Origin: Deltaproteobacteria bacterium
Lineage (GTDB): Bacteria > Desulfobacterota > WTBG01 > JAGOGO01
Reading direction: 5' to 3'
DNA: 64,000 bases
NCBI GenBank assembly: GCA_017996625.1
Contig: JAGOGO010000002.1
Coordinates: 1,017 to 65,016 of the forward strand
A program made the translations under genes and the position numbers. The notes under the pieces were generated by a model. The model was not told the origin of the DNA and made no database searches. It saw only the letters and a list, made by a program, of their open reading frames with translations. Shown here in pieces: positions 20,610 to 30,140 of this stretch. Position 1 is the stretch's first letter. Each line of letters opens with the position of its first letter.

Positions 20610-22034
20610 TCAGGTGTCTTTTGCCGGCAGCTTGAGGATAAAGGTGGTGCCCATCTCAGGATTATTCTTCACTTCAATCGTGCCCCGATGATGGACAGCG
20701 ATTTTGTGAACGATGGAAAGCCCCAAGCCCGAACCTTCTCGCTTAGTAGTAAAGAATGGGTTAAAAATATTTTCGATGACATCCGGAGCAATCCCCGGAC
20801 CTGTATCGATGACCTCAACGATCGCCTGATGGTCCTCCGCACTATAGGTCGATCGCACCGTGATCATTCCCGTTCCCTTGATCGCCTGCCGCGCATTGGC
20901 AATAAGGTTGATCAGCACCTGTTTGATCTGATGATAGTCACAACAAACCAGCGGGATCGTTAGATCAAGCTCCTGGATAGTAGATATGTTATCTTCTTTC
21001 AGCTCTGAGGACATCGTGAGCAGGCTTTCCTCAACTATTTCATTGAGGTTATGAGCCTGGAAATCGAAGTGCTGTTCCCTTGAAAAAACCAGCAGCTCGG
21101 TAAGGATTTTCTCCAGCCGGTCCACCTCGCACACGATGATTTCCGCAAACTTCTTCTCGGGTCCGAGACTAAAGGAGCGGGATAAGCGGCGGGCAAATCC
21201 TCCGATCGAAACGAGCGGCGTTCTGATCTCGTGGGCGATGCTGGCCATCAACTCTCCCAAGGCAACGAGCTTTTCGTTCTGCAGAAGCTTTTCCTGAGTT
21301 TCCTGGAGCTCTCGATGCGCTTTTTCCAGCGTATGATATAACCGGCTGTTTGCGATCGCCATTCCGGCCTGGCTGGCAAAAATGGTCAAAATTTTCAGGT
21401 CATCATCGTCGATGGGCTTGCGGTTATACATGTTGTCCACCATGATGACACCGATGGCATTACCGCGAGAAACGATGGGGACAGAAGCAAAGGCACCGCC
21501 GCCTACTTTCGAGAAAATGTGTTCCCAAACAAAACTGTCTGCCTGCTCGTCGTCCATTTTAAACCAGCGCTGCTCCAAATACGTACGAGCCAGCACGCCT
21601 CCTTCAGGCAGGAGAGGAATCAAGGTACGCTTGCAGATCCGGTCGAACCGGGATTCCTGGCGTGTCCCTCGCGGCCGGGGCGCTAAAGCCCACTCCAGGA
21701 GACTGAACTGCTTTTGAGAGAAGTCGCTCCAAATACGAAATGCGTCATCAGCAGTGTCCGGCCCAACGCCGACCATGCCTTGAAGCACACTGTTTTTTTC
21801 ATTATCCAGAAAAAGCATGGCGCGGTTAAATCCGAAACCACCGCCCATGGTGACGGCAGCCATAATAACATCCAGAAGGTCTCCCAGCCTGAGCGTGGCC
21901 ATCATGGCCTGGCTGACTTCGTAAAGGTGAGAAAGATTCTGAATAAGCTGATCCTGATCGGGAGTGCGTTTTTCCGGCAAGAGAGCAAAGAGATCTTGTT
22001 CCATCATATGCTCACTACATCGTGTAACTAACAA
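20610..22034 (-). CDS. GAF-domain sensor histidine kinase (HisKA + HATPase_c)
   Basis: N-terminal GAF-like region, H-box IAHEIRTPLVSIGGFARRL, G boxes (DTGPGI, GSGLGLSIVHKI). Confidence 0.8.
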   Translation of the reverse strand: MLVTRCSEHMMEQDLFALLPEKRTPDQDQLIQNLSHLYEVSQAMMATLRLGDLLDVIMAAVTMGGGFGFNRAMLFLDNEKNSVLQGMVGVGPDTADDAFRIWSDFSQKQFSLLEWALAPRPRGTRQESRFDRICKRTLIPLLPEGGVLARTYLEQRWFKMDDEQADSFVWEHIFSKVGGGAFASVPIVSRGNAIGVIMVDNMYNRKPIDDDDLKILTIFASQAGMAIANSRLYHTLEKAHRELQETQEKLLQNEKLVALGELMASIAHEIRTPLVSIGGFARRLSRSFSLGPEKKFAEIIVCEVDRLEKILTELLVFSREQHFDFQAHNLNEIVEESLLTMSSELKEDNISTIQELDLTIPLVCCDYHQIKQVLINLIANARQAIKGTGMITVRSTYSAEDHQAIVEVIDTGPGIAPDVIENIFNPFFTTKREGSGLGLSIVHKIAVHHRGTIEVKNNPEMGTTFILKLPAKDT

Positions 22035-22152
22035 ACTTCTCTTCAGAACAGCGCACCATCATGCGTGCAGGACGCACGTGCCACTCGTCCTAGGCGGGAA
22101 TCGAGAAGGAAAAGAAAGAGGAATGCCAGAGAAGAAGCAGAAGAGAGACAGT

Positions 22153-22521
22153 CTAAACGTAATCTTCGACGATTTTTTCCTTGTTTTCCTGTTCCTCCTT
22201 GCATTCGATGCAAAATGTTGTCACCGGCCGCGCTTCGAGACGTCCTTCCGAAATCTCGCAACCGCATTGCTCGCAGATACCAAAGGTACCATCCTCAATG
22301 CGCTGAAGCGCCTCTTGGATCTTGAGCATCAGCTTGCGCTCACGATCACGAACACGCAGCAAGAAGTTGCGATCTGACTCCAGCGAAGCGCGGTCGACCG
22401 GATCAGGAAACAAGCCCCCCTTTCCGCTCATATCCTTCACAGTGTCTCCCGCCTCGGCACGCAAATCCTCAAGCCATTGGTTCAAAATATTTTTAAAATA
22501 TTCAAGTTTCTCTTCAGTCAT
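22153..22521 (-). CDS. dksA: DksA/TraR-family C4 zinc-finger transcription factor
   Basis: 122 aa with a coiled-coil N-terminus and CEQCGCEISEGRLEARPVTTFCIECK zinc finger. Confidence 0.8.
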   Translation of the reverse strand: MTEEKLEYFKNILNQWLEDLRAEAGDTVKDMSGKGGLFPDPVDRASLESDRNFLLRVRDRERKLMLKIQEALQRIEDGTFGICEQCGCEISEGRLEARPVTTFCIECKEEQENKEKIVEDYV

Positions 22522-22786
22522 CGTATCCGCTGCATCACGTGCAAACCGAAAAGAATAATACTAAGATGGCCTTTATAGCGGACCATTAACCTCCAAAATT
22601 TTAATAATAGCGCATAGGCGCTATGGTTGTAAAGGAAAAAGCAGCTATAACACAATGCCGGAGGCATTTTTCCGGTAGTCGCCGAAACCGAACCCAGTGT
22701 ATGTTACTACATTTTTCTTGCTAAATTCAAATCATATGATAAGTATACAGTCATCGTTTCACCTTTGCCATGGAGGTGATATCCGC

Positions 22787-24316
22787 ATGCTAGCTCGTGT
22801 TCTCAGCGCAACTGTCCTTGGTATCAGTGCTTTCCAGGTTGAAGTGGAAATCGACATTGCTGCCGGCCTGCCTGCTTTTTCTACCGTCGGCCTGCCCGAG
22901 GGGGCAGTCAAGGAAAGCAAAGACCGGGTCAAGGCAGCAATAAAGAATGCAGGGTATGATTATCCCAGCCGCAGAATAACAGTCAACTTGGCTCCTGCAG
23001 ATGTCAAGAAGGAAGGCTCTACCTTTGATCTTCCTATCGCTGTTGGCATCCTGTCCGCCTCCGGCACAATAAAACCATACAAGCTGAAAGACTACTTCAT
23101 TGTTGGAGAACTCTCACTAGACGGTCGCATCAAGCCGGTCAAGGGAACATTGCCGATCGCGCTCGCCGCCCGGCAGGAATGCATCAAAGGCCTGATCCTG
23201 CCTCAGGACAATGCAGCTGAAGCGGCGGTGGTGAATACTATCGAAGCAATCGGCGTGCGTGATCTCGGACAGGTAGTGGACTTTTTGAACAACTCACTGA
23301 ACATTGAGCCAACGACAGTGGATATTGAGTCGATCTTTGCTCAACGCCAAGAATATGACGAGGATCTCAATGAAGTAAAAGGGCAGGAACATGTAAAACG
23401 CGCTCTGGAGATTGCTGCTGCCGGCGGACATAACATCATCATGATCGGCCCCCCTGGTTCAGGCAAAACCATGCTTGCACGTCGCCTTCCAACCATACTG
23501 CCTCCGATGACTCTGGAAGAGTCTTTGGAAACCACCAAGGTGCACAGCGTCCTCGGTCTTCTCGGATCAAATCGTTTTCTGGTAACTACCCGCCCTTTTC
23601 GCTCCCCTCATCATACGGTCTCTGATGCCGGACTCATCGGCGGTGGTTCTATTCCCAAGCCGGGTGAGGTCAGTCTTTCCCATAATGGAGTTCTCTTCCT
23701 TGACGAAGTCCCGGAGTTTCGCAAAAATGTTCTGGAGGTAATGCGGCAGCCTATGGAGGACGGCACGGTCACTATTTCCCGTGCGGTTGCATCTCTCAGT
23801 TTCCCTGCCCGCTTTATGCTCGTGGCCGCTATGAACCCGTGTCCATGCGGGTTCTTCGGCGACCTTCATCGCAACTGCACTTGCACCATTCAGCAAATTC
23901 AGCGTTACAAGTCCCGTGTTTCCGGCCCCCTTCTGGATCGCATTGATCTGCATATCGAGGTTCCCGCGGTACGATACAAGGATTTGTCCCAGGAATCCCC
24001 TGGAGAATCCTCAGCGCTGATACGCAAGCGAGTGATGAAGGCCCGCGCTATTCAATCCCAGCGTTTCGCCAAGAGCACCATTCATTGTAACGCCCAAATG
24101 ACCGCCCGGCATATACGAAAGCAGTGCGCCATTGGTGAAGACTCTCGAATCTTGCTGGAGGCGGCGATCGATAAGCTCGGCCTAAGCGCCCGCGCCTATA
24201 CCCGGATCCTCAAGGTAGCTCGCACCATCGCTGATCTTGCTGAAGAGGAAAACATTCGCTCAGCGCATGTTGGGGAAGCGATCCAGTACCGCAGCATGGA
24301 CAGGAATGTGGACTAA
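22787..24316 (+). CDS. YifB/ComM-family Mg-chelatase-like AAA+ ATPase
   Basis: Start ATG 22787 (RBS GGAGGTG). Lon-like N-terminal domain, Walker [19 protein letters not shown], Walker [12 protein letters not shown]-terminal Mg_chelatase_C region. Confidence 0.85.
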   Translation: MLARVLSATVLGISAFQVEVEIDIAAGLPAFSTVGLPEGAVKESKDRVKAAIKNAGYDYPSRRITVNLAPADVKKEGSTFDLPIAVGILSASGTIKPYKLKDYFIVGELSLDGRIKPVKGTLPIALAARQECIKGLILPQDNAAEAAVVNTIEAIGVRDLGQVVDFLNNSLNIEPTTVDIESIFAQRQEYDEDLNEVKGQEHVKRALEIAAAGGHNIIMIGPPGSGKTMLARRLPTILPPMTLEESLETTKVHSVLGLLGSNRFLVTTRPFRSPHHTVSDAGLIGGGSIPKPGEVSLSHNGVLFLDEVPEFRKNVLEVMRQPMEDGTVTISRAVASLSFPARFMLVAAMNPCPCGFFGDLHRNCTCTIQQIQRYKSRVSGPLLDRIDLHIEVPAVRYKDLSQESPGESSALIRKRVMKARAIQSQRFAKSTIHCNAQMTARHIRKQCAIGEDSRILLEAAIDKLGLSARAYTRILKVARTIADLAEEENIRSAHVGEAIQYRSMDRNVD

Positions 24317-24508
24317 CGGCGAGTTCAAGCACTTCCACTCCGGCGAGCAAAGTCGACGCGAAAAGAATACTGTACCGGCAGATGCAAAATACGCTCTTAC
24401 CCCACTATCCCTTGTGGCACTTCCCGGTAAAGTCATAGCAGAAGCACTGATACCCTGATTTTTTTCTGCCGTGATCGAGCAGATCCACCCACCACTAAGG
24501 AGTTGTGA

Positions 24509-25504
24509 ATGACGAGGATAGCCATTGCTGGCGCCGGAATTACCGGTGCATACCTGTATCGGCGGCTCACCGAAAAGAACTGCTTCGACGGCATCGATAT
24601 TTTTGATATTCCTTCAAAGACTCAATGCGGCATTGCACCATGCGCCTGGGGCGCTTCGACCGGATTCCAGCAGTTCCTCGTATCAGGTGGTCTTGACCCG
24701 GAGCTCTATATTCAGAACCGGGTTGATTCAATCCTGATTGACGAAGTACCTACCGTAGTCAACCTGATGATCATCAATAAGCCAAATGTGATCAAGGACC
24801 TGCTCGGCGGTATAGTACCAAACCGTACAGCTCTGGATCCTGCTCAATATGATCGAATCATTGATGCCACCGGTGTAGCTCGAGCCTTGCTCCCTCCCTG
24901 CAAGGATGATGTTCGCATTCCGTGTATTCAATACCTGGTCGAAAGCAGCCAGCCGCTGCCAACCCGCATATCCTTTGGTGGAATCGGATATGCATGGATT
25001 TTCCCGATCGGTGCCAATCAGTATCACATCGGCTGCGGCAACCTCAAAGAAGATCCCGGACAGAAGCTCAAGTCGCTGAAGTGGATCTCTGCTGACACCG
25101 TAACTCGGGTGCTTTGCCGATGCTCGGGAGAAGTGCGGCTTGCTGCTCCTCATAACTCCCTGCCTCTGGTGAGTTCCTCAGCCGGCAAGGAGATCTGGGG
25201 CGTGGGTGAAGCGATTGGCTGCGTTTCTCCCCTTGCTGGAGATGGTATCATTCCCGGGCTCAAGAGCGTAGAGATACTTCTCCGTCACTGGAATGATGCA
25301 GAAGCATACACCACTGCTATCCTGGCGGAGTTTTCCTGGATGAAGCGGGAACGCATAGTGATCGATAAGATGATCGCCAGGAAGAAGCTCGGGCTCGGCG
25401 ATGCTTGGATACTGAAAAAAAATTCCACAAGGGTAGGAATGCGCATGGGTATTCGACAAGCGTTCAGTATTCTCGAAAATATGCCTGAAGGCAAGATCGT
25501 ATGA
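24509..25504 (+). CDS. FAD/NAD(P)-binding oxidoreductase (geranylgeranyl-reductase-like family)
   Basis: N-terminal Rossmann motif IAIAGAGITGAY..RRL. About 330 aa and no second dinucleotide motif. Family assignment is by overall pattern only. Confidence 0.45.
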   Translation: MTRIAIAGAGITGAYLYRRLTEKNCFDGIDIFDIPSKTQCGIAPCAWGASTGFQQFLVSGGLDPELYIQNRVDSILIDEVPTVVNLMIINKPNVIKDLLGGIVPNRTALDPAQYDRIIDATGVARALLPPCKDDVRIPCIQYLVESSQPLPTRISFGGIGYAWIFPIGANQYHIGCGNLKEDPGQKLKSLKWISADTVTRVLCRCSGEVRLAAPHNSLPLVSSSAGKEIWGVGEAIGCVSPLAGDGIIPGLKSVEILLRHWNDAEAYTTAILAEFSWMKRERIVIDKMIARKKLGLGDAWILKKNSTRVGMRMGIRQAFSILENMPEGKIV

Positions 25505-26208
25505 ATTCGGAAACAGGTATGGGGCTCGTTTATCATTTTTTTGCAGGTACTGGTTCCACCTACGACCAGACGGTCAAGCGCTGGACCCTGGGTCTCGATG
25601 GATGGTGGAAGAGCGCCATCATTCGCCGGATTCCTCTTCAGCCGGTGAGGATTCTGGATCAGGCCTGCGGTACCGGCATTCTGAGCTTTAGAATGGCTCA
25701 GCGTTACCCACGATGCCGGATCATAGGAGTTGACCTGCAGGAAGAATACTTGCTCTGTGCCCGAAAAAAACAAAAAATGCTTCGTCTGGATACTGTGGAT
25801 TTTGTGCTCGGACGAGCCGAAGAGATCTGCTTGCGGCTGGATTTTGACTGCATAACATCTTCTTATCTGGCGAAATATGCCGATCTTCCAGCACTGGTTA
25901 AAAATGCGCGAAATATGCTTAAGCAGAACGGAGTCCTCATCATGCATGATTTCACGTACCCCTCCAATGTCTGGAGCGCACAGGCACTGGAATGTTATTT
26001 CAAACTGATGCAGTCACTGGGAAAACGCTGGCACTACCCAGAATGGCACACCATCTTTCGAGAATTACCTGATCTTATCCGCTCTACCCGATGGGTCGGT
26101 GAGCTGCTCGCCGCACTTCAGGCTCATGCCTTTGAGGACATCGCGGTGACTCCTCTCACCTTCGGCGCCTCCACGATTGTCACTGCACGAAACGTGAAGC
26201 CCCTGTAA
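25501..26208 (+). CDS. class I SAM-dependent methyltransferase (UbiE/COQ5-like)
   Basis: Motif I ILDQACGTGILS, motif post-I IIGVDLQEE. It overlaps the upstream oxidoreductase by 4 bp, so the two are probably co-transcribed. Confidence 0.6.
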   Translation: MNSETGMGLVYHFFAGTGSTYDQTVKRWTLGLDGWWKSAIIRRIPLQPVRILDQACGTGILSFRMAQRYPRCRIIGVDLQEEYLLCARKKQKMLRLDTVDFVLGRAEEICLRLDFDCITSSYLAKYADLPALVKNARNMLKQNGVLIMHDFTYPSNVWSAQALECYFKLMQSLGKRWHYPEWHTIFRELPDLIRSTRWVGELLAALQAHAFEDIAVTPLTFGASTIVTARNVKPL

Positions 26209-26369
26209 GCTCTCTGGCGTGGCGATGAGTAAATCAGTCTATCGCAGAGTGGTCAAAAAGGTGCAGATGCAAGGCGCACGCAGTTCCGAGGAATGAGGCG
26301 TACAATTTAGTACGCCGCAATGACGAAGAACGAGTGCAACACAGCAGATGCGCCTTTTTCACCGCTCTG

Positions 26370-27128
26370 CTACGTGCGCAGACGCCAGATGAGAAGCCCT
26401 ACACCCAGAGAAATAACGCCGAAGCTGAGACACTTCAGGATAATCTCGTAAGTTCGAATCAGACTTTTTTCCTGCGGTTCAGAACAGTTCCGCCGCCGTT
26501 TGAGTTGCTTATACGGTCGCGAGGTCTTGATTTCAGCCAGACTCAGAATGCCCATGGACACAGCCAGCATGAGCATCTCCAGACTTATCCGGTTTGTCTG
26601 CATCATAAAGCCCATTACTACCGGCAGCGATCCCCAGGAAAACGCAAACCATCCGTCCTTGTGAAACTTTCCAGAAAACCATTCCAGATTATAGGCAAAC
26701 ACAAAAAAGCCTTCCAGCACCGCAACAACCCAGAGGCGGGGAACAAACAAGACCATGTAGTAGATCAGAATGCAATAGGCAGATACAAGAGCACTGATGG
26801 CGAGCGTCCATAGTTGGCCCTTGGAAAACACTTCGCCCCAGGGCTTACTGATTTTACTTCCCAATGCATCCAGGGAGTGAGCAGCAATGCCCAGACCCAG
26901 GATATAGACGATCACTACAGCAACAATCCGGTCCCAAAAAACATGAGGGGCCAACACCGAGCCGATTATGGAAAAGGAGAGTACCATCCCGGTATAGGGC
27001 AAAAACAGCATTCCTACGCCGCACCGGAATCGCACCGAACCAAAAGAAGGAACAAACCATTCGGCCAACCGATCATCAGTTCCGCAAGCACCATTCAGGA
27101 GATTCTCTGTACTGTCTTGTCTCCACAT
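26370..27128 (-). CDS. polytopic integral membrane protein, family unknown
   Basis: 252 aa with about 7 predicted hydrophobic helices. Convergent with the methyltransferase. Confidence 0.4.
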   Translation of the reverse strand: MWRQDSTENLLNGACGTDDRLAEWFVPSFGSVRFRCGVGMLFLPYTGMVLSFSIIGSVLAPHVFWDRIVAVVIVYILGLGIAAHSLDALGSKISKPWGEVFSKGQLWTLAISALVSAYCILIYYMVLFVPRLWVVAVLEGFFVFAYNLEWFSGKFHKDGWFAFSWGSLPVVMGFMMQTNRISLEMLMLAVSMGILSLAEIKTSRPYKQLKRRRNCSEPQEKSLIRTYEIILKCLSFGVISLGVGLLIWRLRT

Positions 27129-27247
27129 GCCGACAATCCTCCCCTTCGCAGAACAGTGAAGACTGTGCAGCTTCGAAGCTTCTGCAGGCTACATATGTAT
27201 CCCTTCACCTGAATGCTTTCGCATCAGTTGACAATACTCAGCGCAGC

Positions 27248-27592
27248 TCATTTCACGGACTCGGTCGGATATCCCTCTTCAATCCACTCATCCCAGCCAC
27301 CCTGCAGAGCAAACACCCTTTCGAATCCTTGTTCGATCAGCTTCTGTGCCGTACCGGCACTGGTGTTTTCATTGGGTCAGGCGCAGTAGAGAACCAGGGT
27401 TTTCTGTCTGGGATAGGTATCCATCCAAGTCCGCACATCATCAGGATTCTCCAGATGCGCGCCCGTGATCCTGGATTCATCCTTGTGACGCCGTACATCA
27501 ATCACTATGGTGTCAGCATCACCGAGGTGACTGCGGAGATCATTCTTATTCATTCGCGGCACCATCATTATCCCTCCTGTATTCCGATACAA
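27248..27592 (-). CDS. single-domain rhodanese-like sulfurtransferase with an in-frame TGA two codons after the active-site Cys (candidate selenoprotein, or a pseudogene)
   Basis: The ORF track stops at 27377 (…KTLVLYCA-TGA). Continuing in the same frame gives PNENTSAGTAQKLIEQGFERVFALQGGWDEWIEEGYPTESVK-TGA (stop 27248-27250). This is a complete rhodanese C-terminal half (..A..L...GF..V..L.GG...W). On the mRNA, a 6 bp hairpin GUGCCG-GUA-CGGCAC begins 16 nt 3' of the UGA. Confidence 0.5.
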
Positions 27593-27703
27593 TGAAATCT
27601 ATCTTGCTCGATTGCAGATTTCATTGTAACCGTGCCGATGGAGAAATGAATACGGCTGAACACGCATTTTCATCAGACACATACAGTAGAAGGAAGCGAT
27701 ACC

Positions 27704-28096
27704 TCACCGATGATTATTCTCCAGCTCACGGCCAAGATGATGCAGAAGAAGCGTAATGTTTTTCTTGTTGGCCTTCCATCCAACATCGAACAGATCTCCA
27801 AGCAGCGGGACACTGCCAAGTCCAAGATCAAGGAGCACGTTGCCGAGCATGCGCATCAACATCGCTTTGCTCACACCTGACCGGTGAGCCTTGGCAATAA
27901 TGTACACGGAAACTGCAGCGGTAAGACCATCACCGATGCCGGGGATAAGTCCTATCAGGCTATCCAATCCGAATCGCCATCTGGTACCCGGTATTTTGAA
28001 CCGGTCATCAAGAAGGTCAGCGAGGTAGCGAAGGTGGTGAAGCGAGGAGGGATCTGGCGGCGCGCCATGAAGCAGTTGTTTGTATTTCAGTACCAT
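27704..28096 (-). CDS. DUF4112 membrane protein
   Basis: FKIPGTRWRFGLDSLIGLIPGIGDGL matches the DUF4112 signature as I recall it. Confidence 0.55.
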   Translation of the reverse strand: MVLKYKQLLHGAPPDPSSLHHLRYLADLLDDRFKIPGTRWRFGLDSLIGLIPGIGDGLTAAVSVYIIAKAHRSGVSKAMLMRMLGNVLLDLGLGSVPLLGDLFDVGWKANKKNITLLLHHLGRELENNHR

Positions 28097-28150
28097 TCCG
28101 CTGTACCTGTCGGCCGGAAATTGATCGTGTATACTGTCATGCAGCCATGT

Positions 28151-28309
28151 TTACCGCTTGAAGATTATCCAGACCGCATGGATAATACCAGGAATGTACC
28201 CCAGCAACGTCAAGATGACGTTCAGCCAAAACTGAGCGCCGAATCCCACCTGCAAAAAAACGCCTAAGGGCGGAAAGACTATTGCGAGGATAAGACGGAC
28301 TAGGTCCAT
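28151..28309 (-). CDS. Pmp3/YqaE (UPF0057) stress-induced proteolipid, 52 aa
   Basis: Manually translated; it is absent from the ORF track because it is under 60 aa. Sequence: MDLVRLILAIVFPPLGVFLQVGFGAQFWLNVILTLLGYIPGIIHAVWIIFKR. This is a near-perfect match to the family consensus. Confidence 0.75.
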   Translation of the reverse strand: MDLVRLILAIVFPPLGVFLQVGFGAQFWLNVILTLLGYIPGIIHAVWIIFKR

Positions 28310-28573
28310 GATGCCTGCTCCCGATTTGATTCAGTGTGGTGATTCTCAAGCACCCTGCTACTGCGCTCGCGATTGTATAAAAAGAATATTTTATTATATA
28401 CATGCACCCATCAGAGCAGAATACGCTCTTTCACGTATTTCCTGAAAAGATGCACCGTATTCAGAAAGGCCAAACGAGCCAGGCAGCAATTGACAGATAC
28501 AAGCGCTTGACAATCCTTGTTGACTGAAGAAAAGGACACCACATAAGGATACTGACGGGAACAATTCCTGAGG

Positions 28574-29617
28574 TTACCGTGTTTCAAAGCGATTGGCAGC
28601 TTCCCTCGGGTGGGGAATATGGCCCCAGCGCACCAGGAATCCTCGGACATCGACATGCACAAAAGGCCCATGGCCTTCTGTCTTCCGGTATTGAGCAAGC
28701 CCACCAGTAAGAACCCGGTCCCAGGAAGTATCGCAAAAGGCATGGATAATTCCTGCAATGACAGCAGTGTCGCGACAGTCGACTCTGCCATCGTTGTTTA
28801 TATCATCCATCATGCCATCTTCAGGCGCCTCATCGATGCATATGTCCGCAGCACCGCCCCAGAGATGATAGCTGTACTTTGCGTTGCCTATTGTTTCGTT
28901 ATACCAAGGCGTCCGGTATCCACTGAGAATCGTGAAGGTGCGACACCGATATCCGGCTTCATTCAGGTGCGACAAAATCTTTTCCAGCTTGATCAGCAGT
29001 CGTCCCTGCAAAACAAGGTACTTGGGATATCCTCCTTCCTGCTTGCACACAAACTGACTCAGGGTAAAATGAGGGGACACGAATATCCCGGCATTGTCTT
29101 CGGTGACCTCGATAAAACCCGCGGGCCTTTCATAGATGCCAGGTCCATCCTTCGGCATTTTGGGATAGACACCAATACGGCACCCATTGAGGAACTTATT
29201 CTGCACCTCATCCGAAGGAACCATGACGAATACATTGAGTGTTATCTCATGAACTGAACAGCTCGCACCTGCTTTGAGAAAATACGTTCCCTTCTGTCGA
29301 GGGGCAGTGAACTTCCAGCGGGAAGGCAAGTACTGGACCAGTTCACCTGCCGGTGCGATGATCGTCCCCGGACAAGGGACACCTTCCTGCAATGTTTCCA
29401 GTTCTATCGTTCCGCCAGGCAGCACCGAGATGCTCATAATACGATAGGAGATAAACTCATCGTTGGCCTTGAGAACGAAGTCCACTGTTTCTGCCGACCA
29501 CGGGACTCTCGGATCAGCCAAAGCAGTAGGTAATAACAACGCGTATCCCACAAGCCACGTGCCTATGACGAGGCAGATGCTGCTGCACCGCTTCAGTATT
29601 AGAGTAATCATGAACAC
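28574..29617 (-). CDS. secreted peptidase M15 family protein (DUF882 / MepK-YcbK-like murein endopeptidase)
   Basis: Signal peptide. The motif SGYRTPWYNETIGNAKYSYHLWGGAADI follows the M15 zinc-ligand pattern (SxH..G.A.D). Located next to an L,D-transpeptidase, as ycbK-ycbB is in E. coli. Confidence 0.6.
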   Translation of the reverse strand: MFMITLILKRCSSICLVIGTWLVGYALLLPTALADPRVPWSAETVDFVLKANDEFISYRIMSISVLPGGTIELETLQEGVPCPGTIIAPAGELVQYLPSRWKFTAPRQKGTYFLKAGASCSVHEITLNVFVMVPSDEVQNKFLNGCRIGVYPKMPKDGPGIYERPAGFIEVTEDNAGIFVSPHFTLSQFVCKQEGGYPKYLVLQGRLLIKLEKILSHLNEAGYRCRTFTILSGYRTPWYNETIGNAKYSYHLWGGAADICIDEAPEDGMMDDINNDGRVDCRDTAVIAGIIHAFCDTSWDRVLTGGLAQYRKTEGHGPFVHVDVRGFLVRWGHIPHPREAANRFETR

Positions 29618-30012
29618 CCCCCTTGTCGCACAATCCGCCCCCGTTTCCCTAGCAAGCTACGGCAGGAGCCGCCTGCAAACAGGGAACTGGAAGTTCAAGG
29701 TGGAACAGCAGGAGTACAGAGTAGGGAGTACTCAGACGATGGGTGCCTCGAGCCTATTCATCACCACTTCTCGTATGAAACTCGCATGCAGAATATCTGC
29801 TGGGTGAGCAGGAGATGCACCCTGCAGCTTCCTGAAGCGCTCTTGAGTCGTGAACTCCCCCGAACCCCTCTTTGGAAAAGAGGTAAGAAATGGAAGTCGA
29901 ATGTCACCAATGACTATGGGAGCCTCTCGTCAATAGCCTTCCCCCTCGTGAGCAAAGAGGGGGCAAGGGGGAGTTCGCTCTTACAATCAATGCGCTTTGT
30001 TTCTTTCCTCGA

Positions 30013-30120
30013 TCAACCTGGGACCGAAGGAGCCCAGAGGCTTGCGCTTACTCCTAACTTTTCACTTTTTACTTCTTACTATTCCACCGTGAACCTTGAA
30101 CCTGTAACCTTGAACAGCTG
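30013..30120. repeat. family 3 repeat (caacctgggaccgaaggagcccagagg... followed by ACTCCTAACT/TTACT-rich tail)
   Basis: gatcaacctgggaccgaaggagcccagaggcttgcgcttactcctaac... aligns with 12829-12890 (two substitutions in the hairpin region). The tail carries the tandem motif aaccttgaacctgtaaccttgaac. Confidence 0.75.
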
Positions 30121-30140
30121 AAGGCCTTTTCACCACCCGT

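Noticed and set aside
22043-22152. partial family 1 repeat (tcctaggcgggaatcgag) taken for a regulatory site upstream of dksA
   Set aside because: Only half of the hairpin is present. It is more likely a decayed MITE copy than an operator.
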